A stretch of DNA of 64,000 nt from Eledone cirrhosa (taxonomy: Eukaryota): positions 24,242,001-24,306,000 of the forward strand of contig OZ024745.1 of the NCBI GenBank assembly GCA_964016885.1. The letters run 5' to 3'. A program made the translations under genes and the position numbers. Below are positions 45,101 to 59,203 of the stretch, piece by piece. The notes below the pieces were generated by a model that worked only from the letters and a program-made list of their open reading frames with translations, ran no database searches and was not told where the DNA came from. Within the stretch, counting starts at the first letter, position 1; every line of letters begins with the position of its first letter.

Positions 45101-46019
45101 CACCACCACCAACACCACCGCCACCACCAATACCAAAACCACCTCCAATACCACCACCACCACCACCCCTACTACCACCATCACTACCACCACCAACACC
45201 ACCACCACCACCAACACCACCACCACCACCAATACCACTACCACCACCACCACCACCACCACCACCACCACCACCACCACCAACACTACCACCACCACCA
45301 CCACCACCACCACCAACACCACCACCACCACCGCCACCAATACCACCAACACCACCACCAACAACACCACCAACACCAACACCACCACCTCCACCAATAC
45401 CACTACCACCACCACCACCAACACCACCATCACCACCACCACTACCACCACCACCACCACTACCACCACCAATACCACCACCACCACCAATACCACCAAC
45501 ACCACCAACACCAACACCGCCAACACCAACACCACCACCACCACCAATACCACTACCACCACCACCGCCACCACCACCACCACCACCGCTGCAGCCGACA
45601 CCGCCACCACCACCACCACCGCTGCTGCCGACACCGCCACCACCACCAATGCTGCCGACACCGCCACCACCGCCGTCGTTGTCAATATATTGACTGCTAC
45701 AACCTCCTCTATAACATTACATACAACACAACTCCTTCTGTCCGTTCACCACCATTAGCGAATATTGTTGTTGTTGTCGTCGTTGTTGTTGTTGTTGTTG
45801 TTGTTGTTGTCGTTGTTGTTGTTGTTCTTGTTCTTGTTGTTGTCGTTGTTGTTGTTGTTGTTCTTTTTCTTGTTGTTGTCGTTGTTGTTGTTATCGTTGT
45901 TGTTGTTGTTGTTGTTGTTGTTATCGTTGTTGTCGTCGTTGTTGTTGTTGTTCTTGTTCTTGTTGTTGTCGTTGTTGTTGTTGTTGTTCCTTTTCTTGTT
46001 GTCGTTGTTGTTGTTATCG

Positions 46020-46057
<38 letters not shown>

Positions 46058-46157
46058 ATCGTTGTTGTTGTTGTTATCGTTGTTGTTGTTGTTGTTATCG
46101 CTGTTGTTGTTGTTGTTGTTGTTATCATCGTTGTTGTTGTTGTTGTTGTTGTTATCG

Positions 46158-46195
<38 letters not shown>

Positions 46196-46317
46196 ATCGT
46201 TGCTGTTGTTGTTGTTGTTGTTATCGTTGTTGTTGTTCTTGTTGTTGTCGTTGTTCTTGTTGTTATCGTTGTTGTTGTTACGTTGTTGTTGTTGTTATTG
46301 TTATCGTTGTTGTTGTG
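41965..46317. repeat. Low-complexity zone: (CAA)n, (CCA)-based compound arrays and (TTG)n
   Basis: Directly visible. Source of the poly-P/T/H/V/L ORFs. Confidence 0.93.
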
Positions 46318-46320
46318 TGC

Positions 46321-46508
46321 TGTGGATTGGCAGTATCGGTAGAGGGTCGGACGCCATGCTTTGACGCATAGAGTTACGACCCTTACCTTTCTGAGTTCAA
46401 ATCCCGCCGAGGTTAACTTTGCCTTTCATCCTTACGGGGTGGATAAAATAAAGTACCAGTAATCTACTAGGTTATTGCTGGCCTTGTGCCAATGGTAGAA
46501 ACAATTAT
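46321..46508 (+). mobile_element. tRNA-derived SINE
   Basis: GTGGATTGGCAGTATCGGTAGAG..GAGTTCAAATCCCG..GTAGAAACAATTAT. Confidence 0.92.
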
Positions 46509-46829
46509 CCAATATCCATATCGTATGAATTGAGGAAGACTTAGCTATTATTTCTAGTAGTTCGTCTGACTACTTATACCCCCACCCCCCTCTTTGACTC
46601 GACTGATGGTGTGTATATATTTACTCCGTTGTGGCTTACCAAACGGTAACTCACCTCCTGCCTGCCGTTATGACACCTTTACTCAACCGTAAATAACTGT
46701 CTCACTTCTATTAGTCTCTCACTCTTTCTCTCTTTCTCTCTCTCACTCACTCTGTCTCTTCATCTCTCTCACTCTTTCTCACTCGTTCTCTCTCTCTCTC
46801 TTCATCTCTCTCTGTGTCTCTCTTCTATT

Positions 46830-46904
<75 letters not shown>

Positions 46905-47356
46905 ATCTCTTTTTCTCTGTCTCTCTTTCTCCCTTTCACTCTCTGACTCATTCACCCACACACATACTCTTTCTCTTCATCTCTCTCTCTCACTCTTTCT
47001 CACTCTCCCCCCTCTCTCTCTCTCTCTCTCTCTCCCTCTCTTTCTCCCTTTCACTCTCTGACTCACCCACCCACACACATACTCTCTTTCACTCTTACAC
47101 AAATACATGTTCCCCTCTCCCTCTTTCGCTGTCTATCAATCTATCTATCCATCTATATGTCTGTCTCTCTATTTATCCATCTATCTATCTATCTATTTAT
47201 CCATCTATCTATCTATCTGTCTATCTATCTCTATCTATCCCAGTAGGTTTCCCTTATAAATCGTCTGTCTGATTTTCTCATTACGCAAGTAGAGAGATTT
47301 TCAGCTTGGAATATGGCACTAATCTAGCTACGTACATCTATCTATCTATCTATCTT

Positions 47357-47429
<73 letters not shown>

Positions 47430-47565
47430 CAATCCCACCCCAACAAGATATATATATATATATATGAATGTATGTATAGTATATTTGGCAATATACCGTA
47501 TGTTTAATTAAAAACATTTAGAAGCCCATACGCTATCAGTTTTAAAGAAGTGACTATGTCACTTC

Positions 47566-47658
47566 TTTTCGGCGGAAGAAGGGAGAGAAACTGACAGTCT
47601 GTTTGACGCTGGTTGGCGTTCATCAGAGCTTCTGCCGCTTCCCTGCTTCCGCCGAAAA
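47566..47658 (-). other. Short hairpin enclosing a degenerate hammerhead motif (47589-47630)
   Basis: TTTTCGGCGGAAG..GGGA pairs with TCCC..CTTCCGCCGAAAA. Minus strand reads agct CTGATGA acgc caacca gcgt CAAA cag a ctg TC agtt. Confidence 0.55.
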
Positions 47659-47764
47659 TTATAGAAGCTGGATTCTTATAGAATTCCAGTAATAATCAGG
47701 AGCTCATTATACAGAGCGATTTCCACCAAAAATTAGGTATTAGGATTGGTGCTCTGAAATAGCG

Positions 47765-47861
<97 letters not shown>

Positions 47862-48317
47862 ATTAGATGAAAATTTGACTGCTACTTTAAGTTTCACCAC
47901 ATAAGTTATATATTACAACTTAATTTGCAATTCTAGGTACTTTGAAGGTTTTCGAATTTCCTATAACGTCATTTTGAATCATAAATTATTGCTTCATCTT
48001 GAAAGGAAGTAGTTTGTGATTACCTCCCATGATTGGAATTTTGTATCATATCAATCTAATTTAATTTAATGTAAATCTCTACCATTTCTTTATAAACAGG
48101 TTCGTTATGAAAAGGTTTTGTATAAATATCTACAAAATACATATTTCCCGTTTTGTTTGAATAGACTGTTAGTGACTAAACTTAAAATACCAGTCCACCT
48201 AATATGTACAACAAATCTGACTTTACAAGTAATGTTTCTTTTCATTAGTAAATATTTGCTGTTAATTACAGATATATATACATATTTTAATAATACTTTC
48301 TCCATCTCACACTAGCC

Positions 48318-48364
<47 letters not shown>

Positions 48365-48370
48365 GACGGC

Positions 48371-48670
48371 GATGAATAAATAAGCAGATAAATAAAAATG
48401 GCGTAGACATACAATACAACAGGAGGAACATAATAGTACCACTGATGATGTTGCAGATGTGCAACGAAAGAACTTTGTTAGACTATATATATGTGATTAT
48501 ATTTGTATTTTTGACCGTTGGTCAGTCAATTATAAACATTGAGGACCAAATGAATTAACTGTGGAGATATAAAAAAGATACAGAAGCGAAAACCAACCAA
48601 ACAGTGAGTGTGTTCTGTTATTATTTCTGGCAATATTATTACAACAATATGACCCTCCCCAAGTATAACA

Positions 48671-48672
<2 letters not shown>
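48371..48672 (+). mobile_element. Solo pLTR of family D with hammerhead motif at 48437-48480
   Basis: Diverged inverted homolog of 48718-49010. tacca CTGATGA t gttgca gatg tgcaac GAAA gaac TT tgtta. Confidence 0.8.
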
Positions 48673-48717
<45 letters not shown>

Positions 48718-48722
<5 letters not shown>

Positions 48723-50609
48723 ATACTTGGGGAGGGTCATATTTGTGTAATATTGCCAGAATTAATAACAGAACACACTCACTGTTTGGTTGGTTTACGC
48801 TTCTCGCTTCTGTGTCTTTTATATCGGTAATCTAACTTACTCGGTCCTCAATGTTGCCATTGACTGACCGACGGTCAAAAATAATACAGATACAATATAG
48901 ACACAAACACATATATATAGTTTATCATAAATCTTTCGTTGCACATCTGCAACATCGTCAGTGGTGTTATATTTTCCTCCTGTTGTATTGTATGTCTACG
49001 CCATTTTTATTCAGTCTGTCTATATATTTATTTATTTATTTGCTTGTTTGTTTATTTTATTTTGTCTTCTTTGCGCATGCGTTTGCGTGTGTGTATAGTG
49101 TTTTGTTTGCTGTGTGATGGGTGACTAGTGTGTGTTTATGTGCTTGTTGTTATTGTGCTTGTGTATGTATTTATTTATTTATTTATTTATTTTATTTTAT
49201 TTACTTATTTATACTTCTCTTAGGTCAGTGTTGTTTGTTTGGGTGTTGTTGTTATTCCATTCATTCTTTCTGTTTAGCCTTGGTCTTCTAATTTCTATTT
49301 CACTGGCCTCTCTGATTTGCCTATCTGCTGGGTCATTTCTATGTTTAGATATTATTCTAATTTCTATCTTGTCTATGTTACCGTCATGTTGTTGTCTAGC
49401 ATGTTCGTATAGTACAGAACCGTTTTTTCGTCCTTTTAGTTCCCCCCAGTGTTGGTCTATCCTTTCACCTATGCTATGAGCTGTCTCACCTATGTATGTT
49501 GTTGTCATGTTTCTGCAGGTACCCTCTGTACATCTTATGCTATAGACTACGTTTCTAGTTTTACAGTTTATCCGGGGGTTCACCTTACATATGATACATT
49601 TCCTATTGGTACAGTGGGTTTTCTTAAAAGGGTAGGTTTTGCTGATCAAAGATTTTATGGTGGTTCCTGGCTTTTCTACCACCTTTATTTTTAAGTGGGT
49701 CTTTCTCAGGGCCTTTCTACACTGGTTAGCTAATTTCCCTCCAGGGGTAGCGTCCACAAACATGACACTCTGGTATCTCTGGTTGTCGTACCATGAGGTG
49801 GCTTTCCCTATCTTATGTCTAGCCCTATCTAAACTATTCTATGATTTGCTCCTGTATAATGGGCAAATTCCTTTCATGTCCAGTTCTATGAGGGTCTTAT
49901 ACTTCTCCATGGCTCCTTCGTATACTCTGACTCTGTCTCTTTGGTTGTAGCCAGAGAACTGCATGCGGTTGATGAAGTGTTGGATGTGTCTTTCCATTTC
50001 TGTTGGGTCGCACATGCGGGACACATTCTTCATCACTCGTACCAAATCTGCGATCAGAATATTAAACTTAGCACTACTGGACATTGCTGAGTTTTTGAGT
50101 ATCAGGTATTTGGAGGCCATGGGTTTAGCATAGTGTGAGTGGAGAATTTGGGCTCTTTCGTCTATAGTGTTAATCCAGAGTTCTGTGTCTAATACAGGTA
50201 GTCTATTGTTAGGGTGTTTGGAAAGGAAGTCGATAGTTACAGTTATACTCTGGTGTATGAAATTAGCAATCTGCTGGATGCTTTCCATCGTGCTACGTTC
50301 TAAATCAAACTTGTTAGTGCTCTCTAGTGGGGGTGTTCTTATAACTATATTGATATCATCTACATAACGAGAGTACATGATGAGGTCTATGGAGCTCTCA
50401 TTAAGGAGATCTTTAAGTCTCCTTTCCCACCATACCATGAAAAGGTTGGCAATATCACCAGCTATGCTGACGCCGATGGCTGCTCCCTCATTTTGGGTGT
50501 AGATCTTCTCGTTGAACTTAAATATGTGGCCCTTTAGGGTAGTTTTGATACTAGCCCCTATTGCATGTGCGACCATTTTTCTTACCTGATCATTGTTTTG
50601 GGGGGTCCG
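48718..50609 (-). mobile_element. 5'-truncated Penelope-like retroelement (RT + GIY-YIG) with 3' pLTR and hammerhead motif at 48924-48965
   Basis: Coding remnant listed below. The 3' region carries CTGACGA-stem-GAAA and ends at (TA)n. Confidence 0.92.
49209..50576 (-). pseudogene. PLE RT-GIY-YIG ORF interrupted by one in-frame TAG (49841-49839)
   Basis: GAAIGVSIAGDIANLFM, YSRYVDD, LPVLD; then a Cys-rich linker, VVYSIRC..YIGETAHSIGERIDQH, RQIREA and LNRKNEW. The two track ORFs are in the same frame. Confidence 0.92.
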
Positions 50610-50954
50610 TATAAAAATGTAAAGACTAGATATTCATAACTCATTTCATTTCGTAATACGCCGCAATACGTATTTGTGTGGCGTTAGAAACTACGTAATG
50701 CTCTCACCACGCAATTATCAACATGACGTCTTCAGACAGCATCTTAGGTAACACAGTTATTATGTAATAAATGTCCAATGCTAAGCAGGCTATTGATGAG
50801 CCGATGGAATTTTATTCGCTGATGCCCCTATCAGAGTCGGAATACAAGGTACTCCCTCATCAATAGATGAGAAAGAAAAGAAGGAATAGAAAGTTAGAGG
50901 AAAAAACAGACAAAAATTTTTTGTTTTCAATTTGTCATTTTAGAAATGTGTGTG

Positions 50955-51034
<80 letters not shown>

Positions 51035-51360
51035 CGTGTGTGTATGTGTGTGTGTGTGTGTGTGTGTGCGTGTGCGTGTGTGTGTGTGTGTGTGCGTGTG
51101 CGTGTGCGTGTGCGTGTGTGTTTGTTTGTGTGTTTGTTTGTGTGTGTCTGTGTGTGCGTGCATGTGTGTGTGTGTGCGTGTGTGTGTGTGTGTGTAAAAT
51201 GATTCGGATAGATATGAATGAAGGGATGGAGAAATTGAGGATACGCAACAAAAAAGTTTTAAGAGAAGTAAATAAGTATTATTGTTGTTAATGTTGTTGA
51301 GATTGTTGTTATTATTATTATTATTATTATTATATCATTATTATTATTATTATTATTATT

Positions 51361-51530
51361 ATAAAGTACCAGTAATGCACTGGGTAACTGCTGGCCTTGT
51401 GCCTAAAGTAGAAACAATTATTATTATTATATCTTTGCCTTTCATTCTTACGGGGTCGATAAAATAAAGTACCAGTAATGTACTGGGATAATTGCTGTCA
51501 GTGTGCCAAAAGTAGAAACAGTTATTATTA
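51361..51530 (+). mobile_element. Two 3' fragments of the tRNA-derived SINE
   Basis: AAAGTACCAGTAATG..GTAGAAACA occurs twice. Confidence 0.8.
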
Positions 51531-51973
51531 TATTTACTATGATTTTTGTGAGGATATACGGAGGTATGCTCTTTTTCATGTACAGCCATTTTTTTTATTT
51601 TTATTAGATTTATATCTGTCCATAAATCTGCCTTCATTTTGTTCTTTTGATGTTTATGTGAGTCTGTACTTCTCTCTATATATTTACTTATATTAACATA
51701 GGATTTTTGCCTGTATAAATACATTTATCTGTCTATGCCTGCTCGTCTACGTGTCTCTATATGTCTGCATATGGTTGCATTTCCATATCTATTTCTATTC
51801 ATATGTTTACATGTACTAAGATATATTTGTCTGTATGAGCTTGTAAATGTAATATAAAATGCACCAGCGTGTAGATGAGTATATATGCAATTGCAGCTAC
51901 ACTAATGCATGTGTATATATGTATGTATGCATGTAGGTTTCTATGTATGTAAGCATGCATGCACGTCTACACT

Positions 51974-52080
<107 letters not shown>

Positions 52081-52498
52081 TTAAAAGAATAGAGGTTTAA
52101 CACACAAGTTATGATATATTGGTAAACGGAAAATAAAATGCTGACAAATTGTTCACAGTGAAAAATAGTTTAATTAGGAATAAGTGAGAATTAGTAATAG
52201 TATTGGTTAGTATTCAGTTTTGGTTTTAAGTTTTACCGGTTGCGCATTTCTAATACTTTTCAAAAATAATTTTGAGATAGAGCGTCCGTGATGTTTGCTC
52301 TGATCTGATTAGAGCAAACATCACGGACGCTCTATCTCAAAATTATTTTTGAAAAGTATTAGAAATGCGCAACAGGTAAAACTTAAAACCAAAACTGAAT
52401 ACTAACCAATACTATTACTAATTCTCAGTTATTCCTAATTAAACTATTTTTCACTGTGAACAATTTGTCAGCATTTTCTTTTCCGTTTACCAATATAT
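52081..52498. mobile_element. Fold-back element family E: almost loopless palindrome 52114-52498 plus 33-bp tail
   Basis: Arms of about 192 bp with few mismatches, centre at 52306, (TA)n on both sides. Confidence 0.88.
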
Positions 52499-52849
52499 AT
52501 ATATGCCAGTCTCCCTCTCCATGAAAACATTCCAGCGCTAAGGAACTTTTAAGGCTTAAGCCCATCCAATAATGTGGAAACTTGTTGAATTATCTGAAAG
52601 TTTTGTTAAAATATTATGTATTCCTGTTCAAATAAGTAACAAGTACAAATAAACACAATAGAGATCAACTATTGCGATACCATTAAAGATGTAAATAGCT
52701 GTGAATTTTATTGTCTTTCATTATCTTAAGTCCCTCAAATCCCCAAATTGTAACGGAGACCCTGCCATGTCACCGATGTTGACCAAGAGAAAAATAAAAC
52801 ATCTGATACATCTCGTCGCTAGTGATGTAGTAAATTACTCTTGTTGATG

Positions 52850-52970
52850 GGTGCACTGAAGGAACGCGAGATAAAGTGTCTTGTCGAAGGAACCAACGAA
52901 GCACCCAGTTCGGAAATCGAACTCATGCCCTCAAGATTGTCAGTCCAATGCGTTAAACACTATGCCAAGC
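52850..52970 (-). mobile_element. Degenerate tRNA-derived SINE of a second family
   Basis: Reverse complement has an A-box-like TGGCATAGTGTTTAA and a B-box GAGTTCGATTTC. Confidence 0.55.
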
Positions 52971-53299
52971 GTCGGAGAAAATGCCTTGCAGTATTTAGTT
53001 ACAAATTACCGTGTTCAAATCCCATCCGAGTCAACTTTTCTTTTCCTAGTTCTGGAGTCGATAAAGTAAATACATACTGGCGTCGACGTAATCGATTTTC
53101 CCACCCACAAATATTATAAATCTTTAATAGTACCACCATAACACCTGCCACTGCTACAATAGATACCACTACAACTATCGTCACTAGAAGAACTCTCACC
53201 ACTACTACCACCACAACTATCGCCACTACTGTGGCTATGGTCAAAACTATCACCTACAGCACCACAACCAATACATTTACCCTCGTCCGCTCATAATAT

Positions 53300-53945
53300 A
53301 TAACCACCACCAGCACCACCACCACCAGCACCACCACAAACATCCTCACCGCAACCACCACCACCACCACCACAACCACTACCACCACAACCGTCCCCAC
53401 CACAACCACCACCACCACAAACATCCTCACCGCAACCACCACCACAACCACTACAACCACAACCGTCCCCACCACAACCACCACCACCACAAACATCCCC
53501 ACCGCAACCACCACCACCACCACAACCACCACCACCACTACCACTATCACCACCACCACCACCACCACCAGGACCACCACCACCACGACCACCACCACCA
53601 ACATCACCACCACCACAAACCCCGCCGCCCCACGTACACCACCACCACCACAACCACGACGACCACCACCACCACCACAACCACCACCACCACCACCACC
53701 ACCAACATCACCACCACCACAACCCCCGCCGCCACCACCACCACCACGACCACCACCACCAACATCACCACCACCACAACCCCCGCCGCCACCACCACGT
53801 ACACCACCACCACCACAACCACGACCACCACCACTATCACCACCACCACCAACACCACCAACACCACCACAACCCCCGCCGCCACCACCACGAACACCAC
53901 CACCACCACCACGACCACCAACACCACCACCACCACCATCACCTC
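53300..53945. repeat. (CCA)-based compound repeat
   Basis: Directly visible. Confidence 0.93.
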
Positions 53946-54448
53946 TGTCACTTCCGTCAGACTTTCCCCATATCATTCTCTTGTCAGCTGACTAACACTG
54001 TACGGATGATAAATTTTCTCGGTTACGCCGCTGAAATCTGACAATTTCTCTCAAACTTGTGAGAGTGTGTGAGTGTGTGTGTGTGTGGGGGAGGGGGGGG
54101 GGGGGCGACATGTGTCTGTGTGTATGCGTAAGTCTGTGTGTGTGTATATGTGTGTGTGAGTGTTTGTGGGGATATCAGTATGTCTGTGTGCATGTGAAAG
54201 TCTGTGTGTGTCTCTGTGTGTGTGTCTGTGTTTGCATGTATGTAATGTATCTACGAATGTGTATATATGTGCTTGAAAGTGTGCGCTTGTGTGTGTATGA
54301 GTGTGTTTCTGTAAGTGTTTGTGTGTGAGAGAGTGCGCGCGCGCGTGTGTGTGTGTGACACGTGAGAAAAGCGGACTGTGCGAAATGAGACGCAGCATTA
54401 CAACCTCCATTGCCAACTGTCTTTATGTCTGTTGATTTGTTTGGCTGC

Positions 54449-54925
<477 letters not shown>

Positions 54926-55248
54926 GTGTATTATTGGGTTGGTAACGATATCTAAGTTGTAGAACACTAGGTTCATGGGACAGGGTTGAACAAGTTGAAA
55001 TCGTTCAACGAAACAACATATTCGTTCATTTTTCTGTCGTTATTTCTTCGCCTTTGTTGCAGCAAATTTATGGAATGATGGTATCAACCTCAATACACAG
55101 AAACTGTAGGGATTTCAAGAGGTTGACTGAAAAGATAGGACTGTCTGTCTTTCGATTGTTTTATCAATCGACATTGTCTTTTGCGCCTCTTATTTTGAAT
55201 CCCTATTCTAAAGACTAAGTCATGCGGGCTTTTCTTGAAAGAATATAA

Positions 55249-55280
<32 letters not shown>

Positions 55281-55310
55281 CTGTGTGTGTGTGTATGTGT
55301 GTGTGTGTCT

Positions 55311-55378
<68 letters not shown>

Positions 55379-55380
<2 letters not shown>

Positions 55381-55663
55381 GGTAATTCCGAAGGAAAAGC
55401 AAAGGAAAAAAGAGTGCTCTGTGTATAGAACAGAGCTATTTAATTAGAAAGTGAACAACACAAAATATAACTACTCCATTACCAAAGGTTTCTGGATCCC
55501 AGACAATATTAATATACGTCTGGATCGGTCGTCAGACAAAGAAGTTATTATCAGACATCTCTGTCTGATGAACGATCCAGACGTATATTAATATTGTCTG
55601 GCATCCAGAAACCTTTGGTAATGGAGTAGTTATATTTTGTGTTGTTCACTTTCTAATTAAATA
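55379..55663. mobile_element. Fold-back element family F (inverted repeat 55437-55663) with a hammerhead motif on each strand (+ 55559-55626; - 55474-55541)
   Basis: Plus: ctctgt CTGATGA ..ccagac..gtctgg.. GAAA cc ttt gg TA atggag. Minus: same with CTGACGA. Right end at (TA)n; tail hairpin GCTCTG..CAGAGC. Confidence 0.85.
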
Positions 55664-55671
55664 TATATATG

Positions 55672-55759
<88 letters not shown>

Positions 55760-56280
55760 CATATTTTCGTATATATGGTGAATAGCTGTTGTTTTGTACA
55801 TATGTTGTTCAGAAGATGACTACTTTCTGGTTTGAATTTCTTTGATAGAATCTTCTTATATTTTTTAACATGTCCTCTACAATAAATGAAACAATAAATT
55901 TCGTTGGTCTATAATTTTATCTACGTTTCTAGACTGTTATCGTCCCATCTTCACGTGTGTCGTGGTTTATTGTACTCCCTCTCATAGGCATAACACTTAC
56001 ATATAGTTATACATCGGGTTTTGTTGCTATCATTTTAGGATTTTCCTCCCGGATGTTGAATATTCAACTTGACCGTTTGTTTCACACGTCGCACATCACG
56101 TGGTCCATGGCGTATATACAAATAGTCATCTAGTATATTAATACTACCACTAGTTTTATGTTAGTAATATGACCTATATGTACTCCCCCCCCCCATATAT
56201 ATATATATACACATACATGTGCACACACACACATACACAGATACACGTATATATATACACAGACACACACACACACACAC

Positions 56281-56332
<52 letters not shown>

Positions 56333-56603
56333 GATATTAAATAAATGGAAACTATATTTATAAAACCATATTTATTTCATTATATATATTTCAGGGATAT
56401 CATATTAACAATATGTTATGCCTTCTTCAGACAAAATACAATATAGACAGTTTTATAGATAAATAGATTTGACATACCGTTCAACATCGACTTGTATTTG
56501 AAAAAGTTGATTTGGCAGTGAAAAATTGTAAAAAGAAAGAAAGAAAGAAAGAAAGAAGGAAAGAAAGAAAGAAAACGAAGAATAAGACCTAACTAGCAAT
56601 GAA

Positions 56604-57959
56604 ATGCACATTATATTATCGGCTAGGAAAACATTGATAGAATTTAATGACCAACTATGGACCAGAGCAGATAGAAATAGCAATTTTGACATTACTATGG
56701 GATCATCCGACTCAGCTCAGGTAACTGACCTTGTGGGCTTATTTTTAATCAATTCGCTACATAGGAAAATACCTGGTACTACCGGAGGTTTATATAGAGA
56801 TGACATGCTTTTACTTATTGATAATAATAACTCTGAACTAAATAGAAAAAGAAAACAATTTACACAATTTTTTAATTACTTTAATCTAAAAATAGAAATT
56901 GAGAACAACCATAGAATAGTCAATTTCCTAGATATAACATTAAATCTCAACACATGTCTTCACTATCCATTTCACAAGTTGAATGAAAACTTAAACTATG
57001 TCAGCTTTAACTCTAACCACCCCAGATCTGTCAAAAACACTATAGTAAACTCTGTTCAAAAACGTATCTCTAGAATCTCGTCTAATAGAAAGATTTTCGA
57101 CGAAAAAGCCCAGTACTACAATGAAGCGTTAGCTAGAGCAGGATATAGTGATAAGATTATGTACATAGATAATGATAGACAAACTAAACAAAATAACAAC
57201 TATTTTAATTACGGCCACAACCTTAACAACTATAATAGAAAGCATTACAATAATTCCAAAAGCCAAAAAAGAAATAGAACTAGAAACATAATATGGTTTG
57301 CCCCCCCCCCCCCTTTCTCACTAAACATTAAAACCCACATCGCTAAACTATTTTTTAAAGCTCTTGATAATCGCTTCCCTAGAACACATAGGTATCACTC
57401 AATTTTCAATAGACATACTATAAAATTAACCTACTCATCCACCAAAAATTTAGCACAAAATATTAATAGAATAAATAATAGGAACTTAAAACCTAGAGAT
57501 AATAGCATAAATAATATACAAGTTAACAAATGTAACTGTAGAGATAGATCTAAATGTCCGTTAAATAACAACTGCTTAGTTAAATATATAATATACAACT
57601 GTAATGTTAAAACGGACTCTAATTCTTTTAACTACGTCGGTTCCACATCGACGGAATTTAAACTTCGCTATAATAACCACAAGAATTCTTTCACAGATCC
57701 AAGCAAAAAATCTTCAACAGCACTATCAGGCGTACTCTGGCAACTTAGGCAAGATAACGTTAGATATTCGACGGCTTGGAATATAGTCTCAAGAGGGATT
57801 CCTTTTAATTCATCCTCTGAGACATGTGACCTCTGCGCGGAGGAGATATTCTTTATACTAAAATTTAAAAATTCCCTTAATCTACGGACAAATTTATTCA
57901 GTTGCTGCAAACATAGATTGAACTCAACTTTTAAATATAAATTTAAATTTAAAATGTAG
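56604..57959 (+). CDS. PLE RT (C-terminal half) + GIY-YIG endonuclease, N-terminally truncated, 451 aa uninterrupted
   Basis: FDITMGSSD, GLYRDD, VNFLDITLNL, SNHP, CNC..CPL..C linker, IIYNC..YVGSTSTEFKLRYNNH, CDLC and CKH. The motif set is typical of Naiad-type PLEs. Confidence 0.9.
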   Translation: MHIILSARKTLIEFNDQLWTRADRNSNFDITMGSSDSAQVTDLVGLFLINSLHRKIPGTTGGLYRDDMLLLIDNNNSELNRKRKQFTQFFNYFNLKIEIENNHRIVNFLDITLNLNTCLHYPFHKLNENLNYVSFNSNHPRSVKNTIVNSVQKRISRISSNRKIFDEKAQYYNEALARAGYSDKIMYIDNDRQTKQNNNYFNYGHNLNNYNRKHYNNSKSQKRNRTRNIIWFAPPPPFSLNIKTHIAKLFFKALDNRFPRTHRYHSIFNRHTIKLTYSSTKNLAQNINRINNRNLKPRDNSINNIQVNKCNCRDRSKCPLNNNCLVKYIIYNCNVKTDSNSFNYVGSTSTEFKLRYNNHKNSFTDPSKKSSTALSGVLWQLRQDNVRYSTAWNIVSRGIPFNSSSETCDLCAEEIFFILKFKNSLNLRTNLFSCCKHRLNSTFKYKFKFKM

Positions 57960-59172
57960 TATATTTAGTTTGATTTGTAATTATTTGGGAAACTAGCCGA
58001 TAAATCTTTCGATTTCTTCTTTTTATTCTTCTTTTTATTTTAATTTTTATTTTAAACATTCTTCATGAAAAATTAAACTACCCTAAAAGTTGATGCTCCA
58101 AATATATCGAATAAACGTTACACTAGATAAACTTCTATATTAAATTTAAGAACATATGTAGACCAAATGGGCATCCTAAACTTTTGAAATGATTTCTGCT
58201 AGACGCGATTTGGTAAATAATTTTTAGCTTTATCTGTTTTCGACTCTGATGCTTATAATGAACTTGGCAATATATTGTCAATTAATTTTGAAGGGTTGAT
58301 CTTTGTGGTCGATTTGCGTGGCATATTATGTTTTTATTTTTATTATTTTAATATTTTTTAATATTTTTTAATATTTTTAATATTTTCATTTTTAATATGT
58401 AATATTTTTTAGTTTTCTATTTTATTTATTTGTTTATTATTATTATTATTATTATTTTTTGTTTTTGTTTCTGATATTTTTATTAATATATTGAAATCTG
58501 TTCTCTATTTCTGCTTGATAGATAATCATGTAGAGTAAAGACAAGAATAGTATTGTTAAAATTAATATAGACTCTATATATATATGTGTATATATACACA
58601 TATATGTATACTTAAATTTTTATAGCACAATGAGAATGTTCTCCGTGTGAAATAGGGGTTTGCAGAGTTGATCACGTAAATTCACATCGATGTTTGTAGT
58701 TATCATATAAACATATGAATTTTTAAAACTAGACATAAGATCATTACTTTTCACACATTATAGATACGTGTCTCATTCAGGAATACTGATATTTACATTG
58801 TAGTGCCTGGTTTTTATACGAACTAATATTTCTACATTAAAACATAGGGTTTTATGCCTCGCCTATGTCTGGTTACTTTTCATTTTTCTCTCTATATAAC
58901 GGCTGGTTTCTTTCCTAACCACATATATCTCCCTTACATTAATACTAGAGCTAAATAAATAAATAAATAAATAAATGTATCATTGATACGTTGTTCAACT
59001 ACCTACTTTTCTCTATATATATCTATCTCTATCTATTTCCTCTCTCTATATATCTCTCTCTGTTTCTTTACATGAAGTTCTTCTCTTTATCTATCTATCT
59101 TTCCATCTCTCTATTTTGTTGCATGCATTTCTTCTTTTTCTTCTTTTTCTTCGTTTTCTTTCTTTCTTTCCT

Positions 59173-59203
<31 letters not shown>

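Noticed and set aside
41920-46364. Poly-Pro/His/Thr/Val/Leu ORFs resembling formin or extensin
   Set aside because: Open in several frames and on both strands, with no flanking domain or supported splice structure.
49839-49841. Programmed readthrough between RT and endonuclease
   Set aside because: A TGG-to-TAG nonsense mutation in a truncated copy is the simpler explanation.
55915-55958. Minus-strand GTGAAGA..GAAA hammerhead-like remnant
   Set aside because: Core mismatch, and no convincing stem I or cleavage site.
57960-59146. SECIS or selenocysteine recoding, reported for some Naiad elements
   Set aside because: No in-frame TGA in the retained ORF and no convincing AUGA-AA-GA stem by eye. 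SECISearch would be needed to exclude it.
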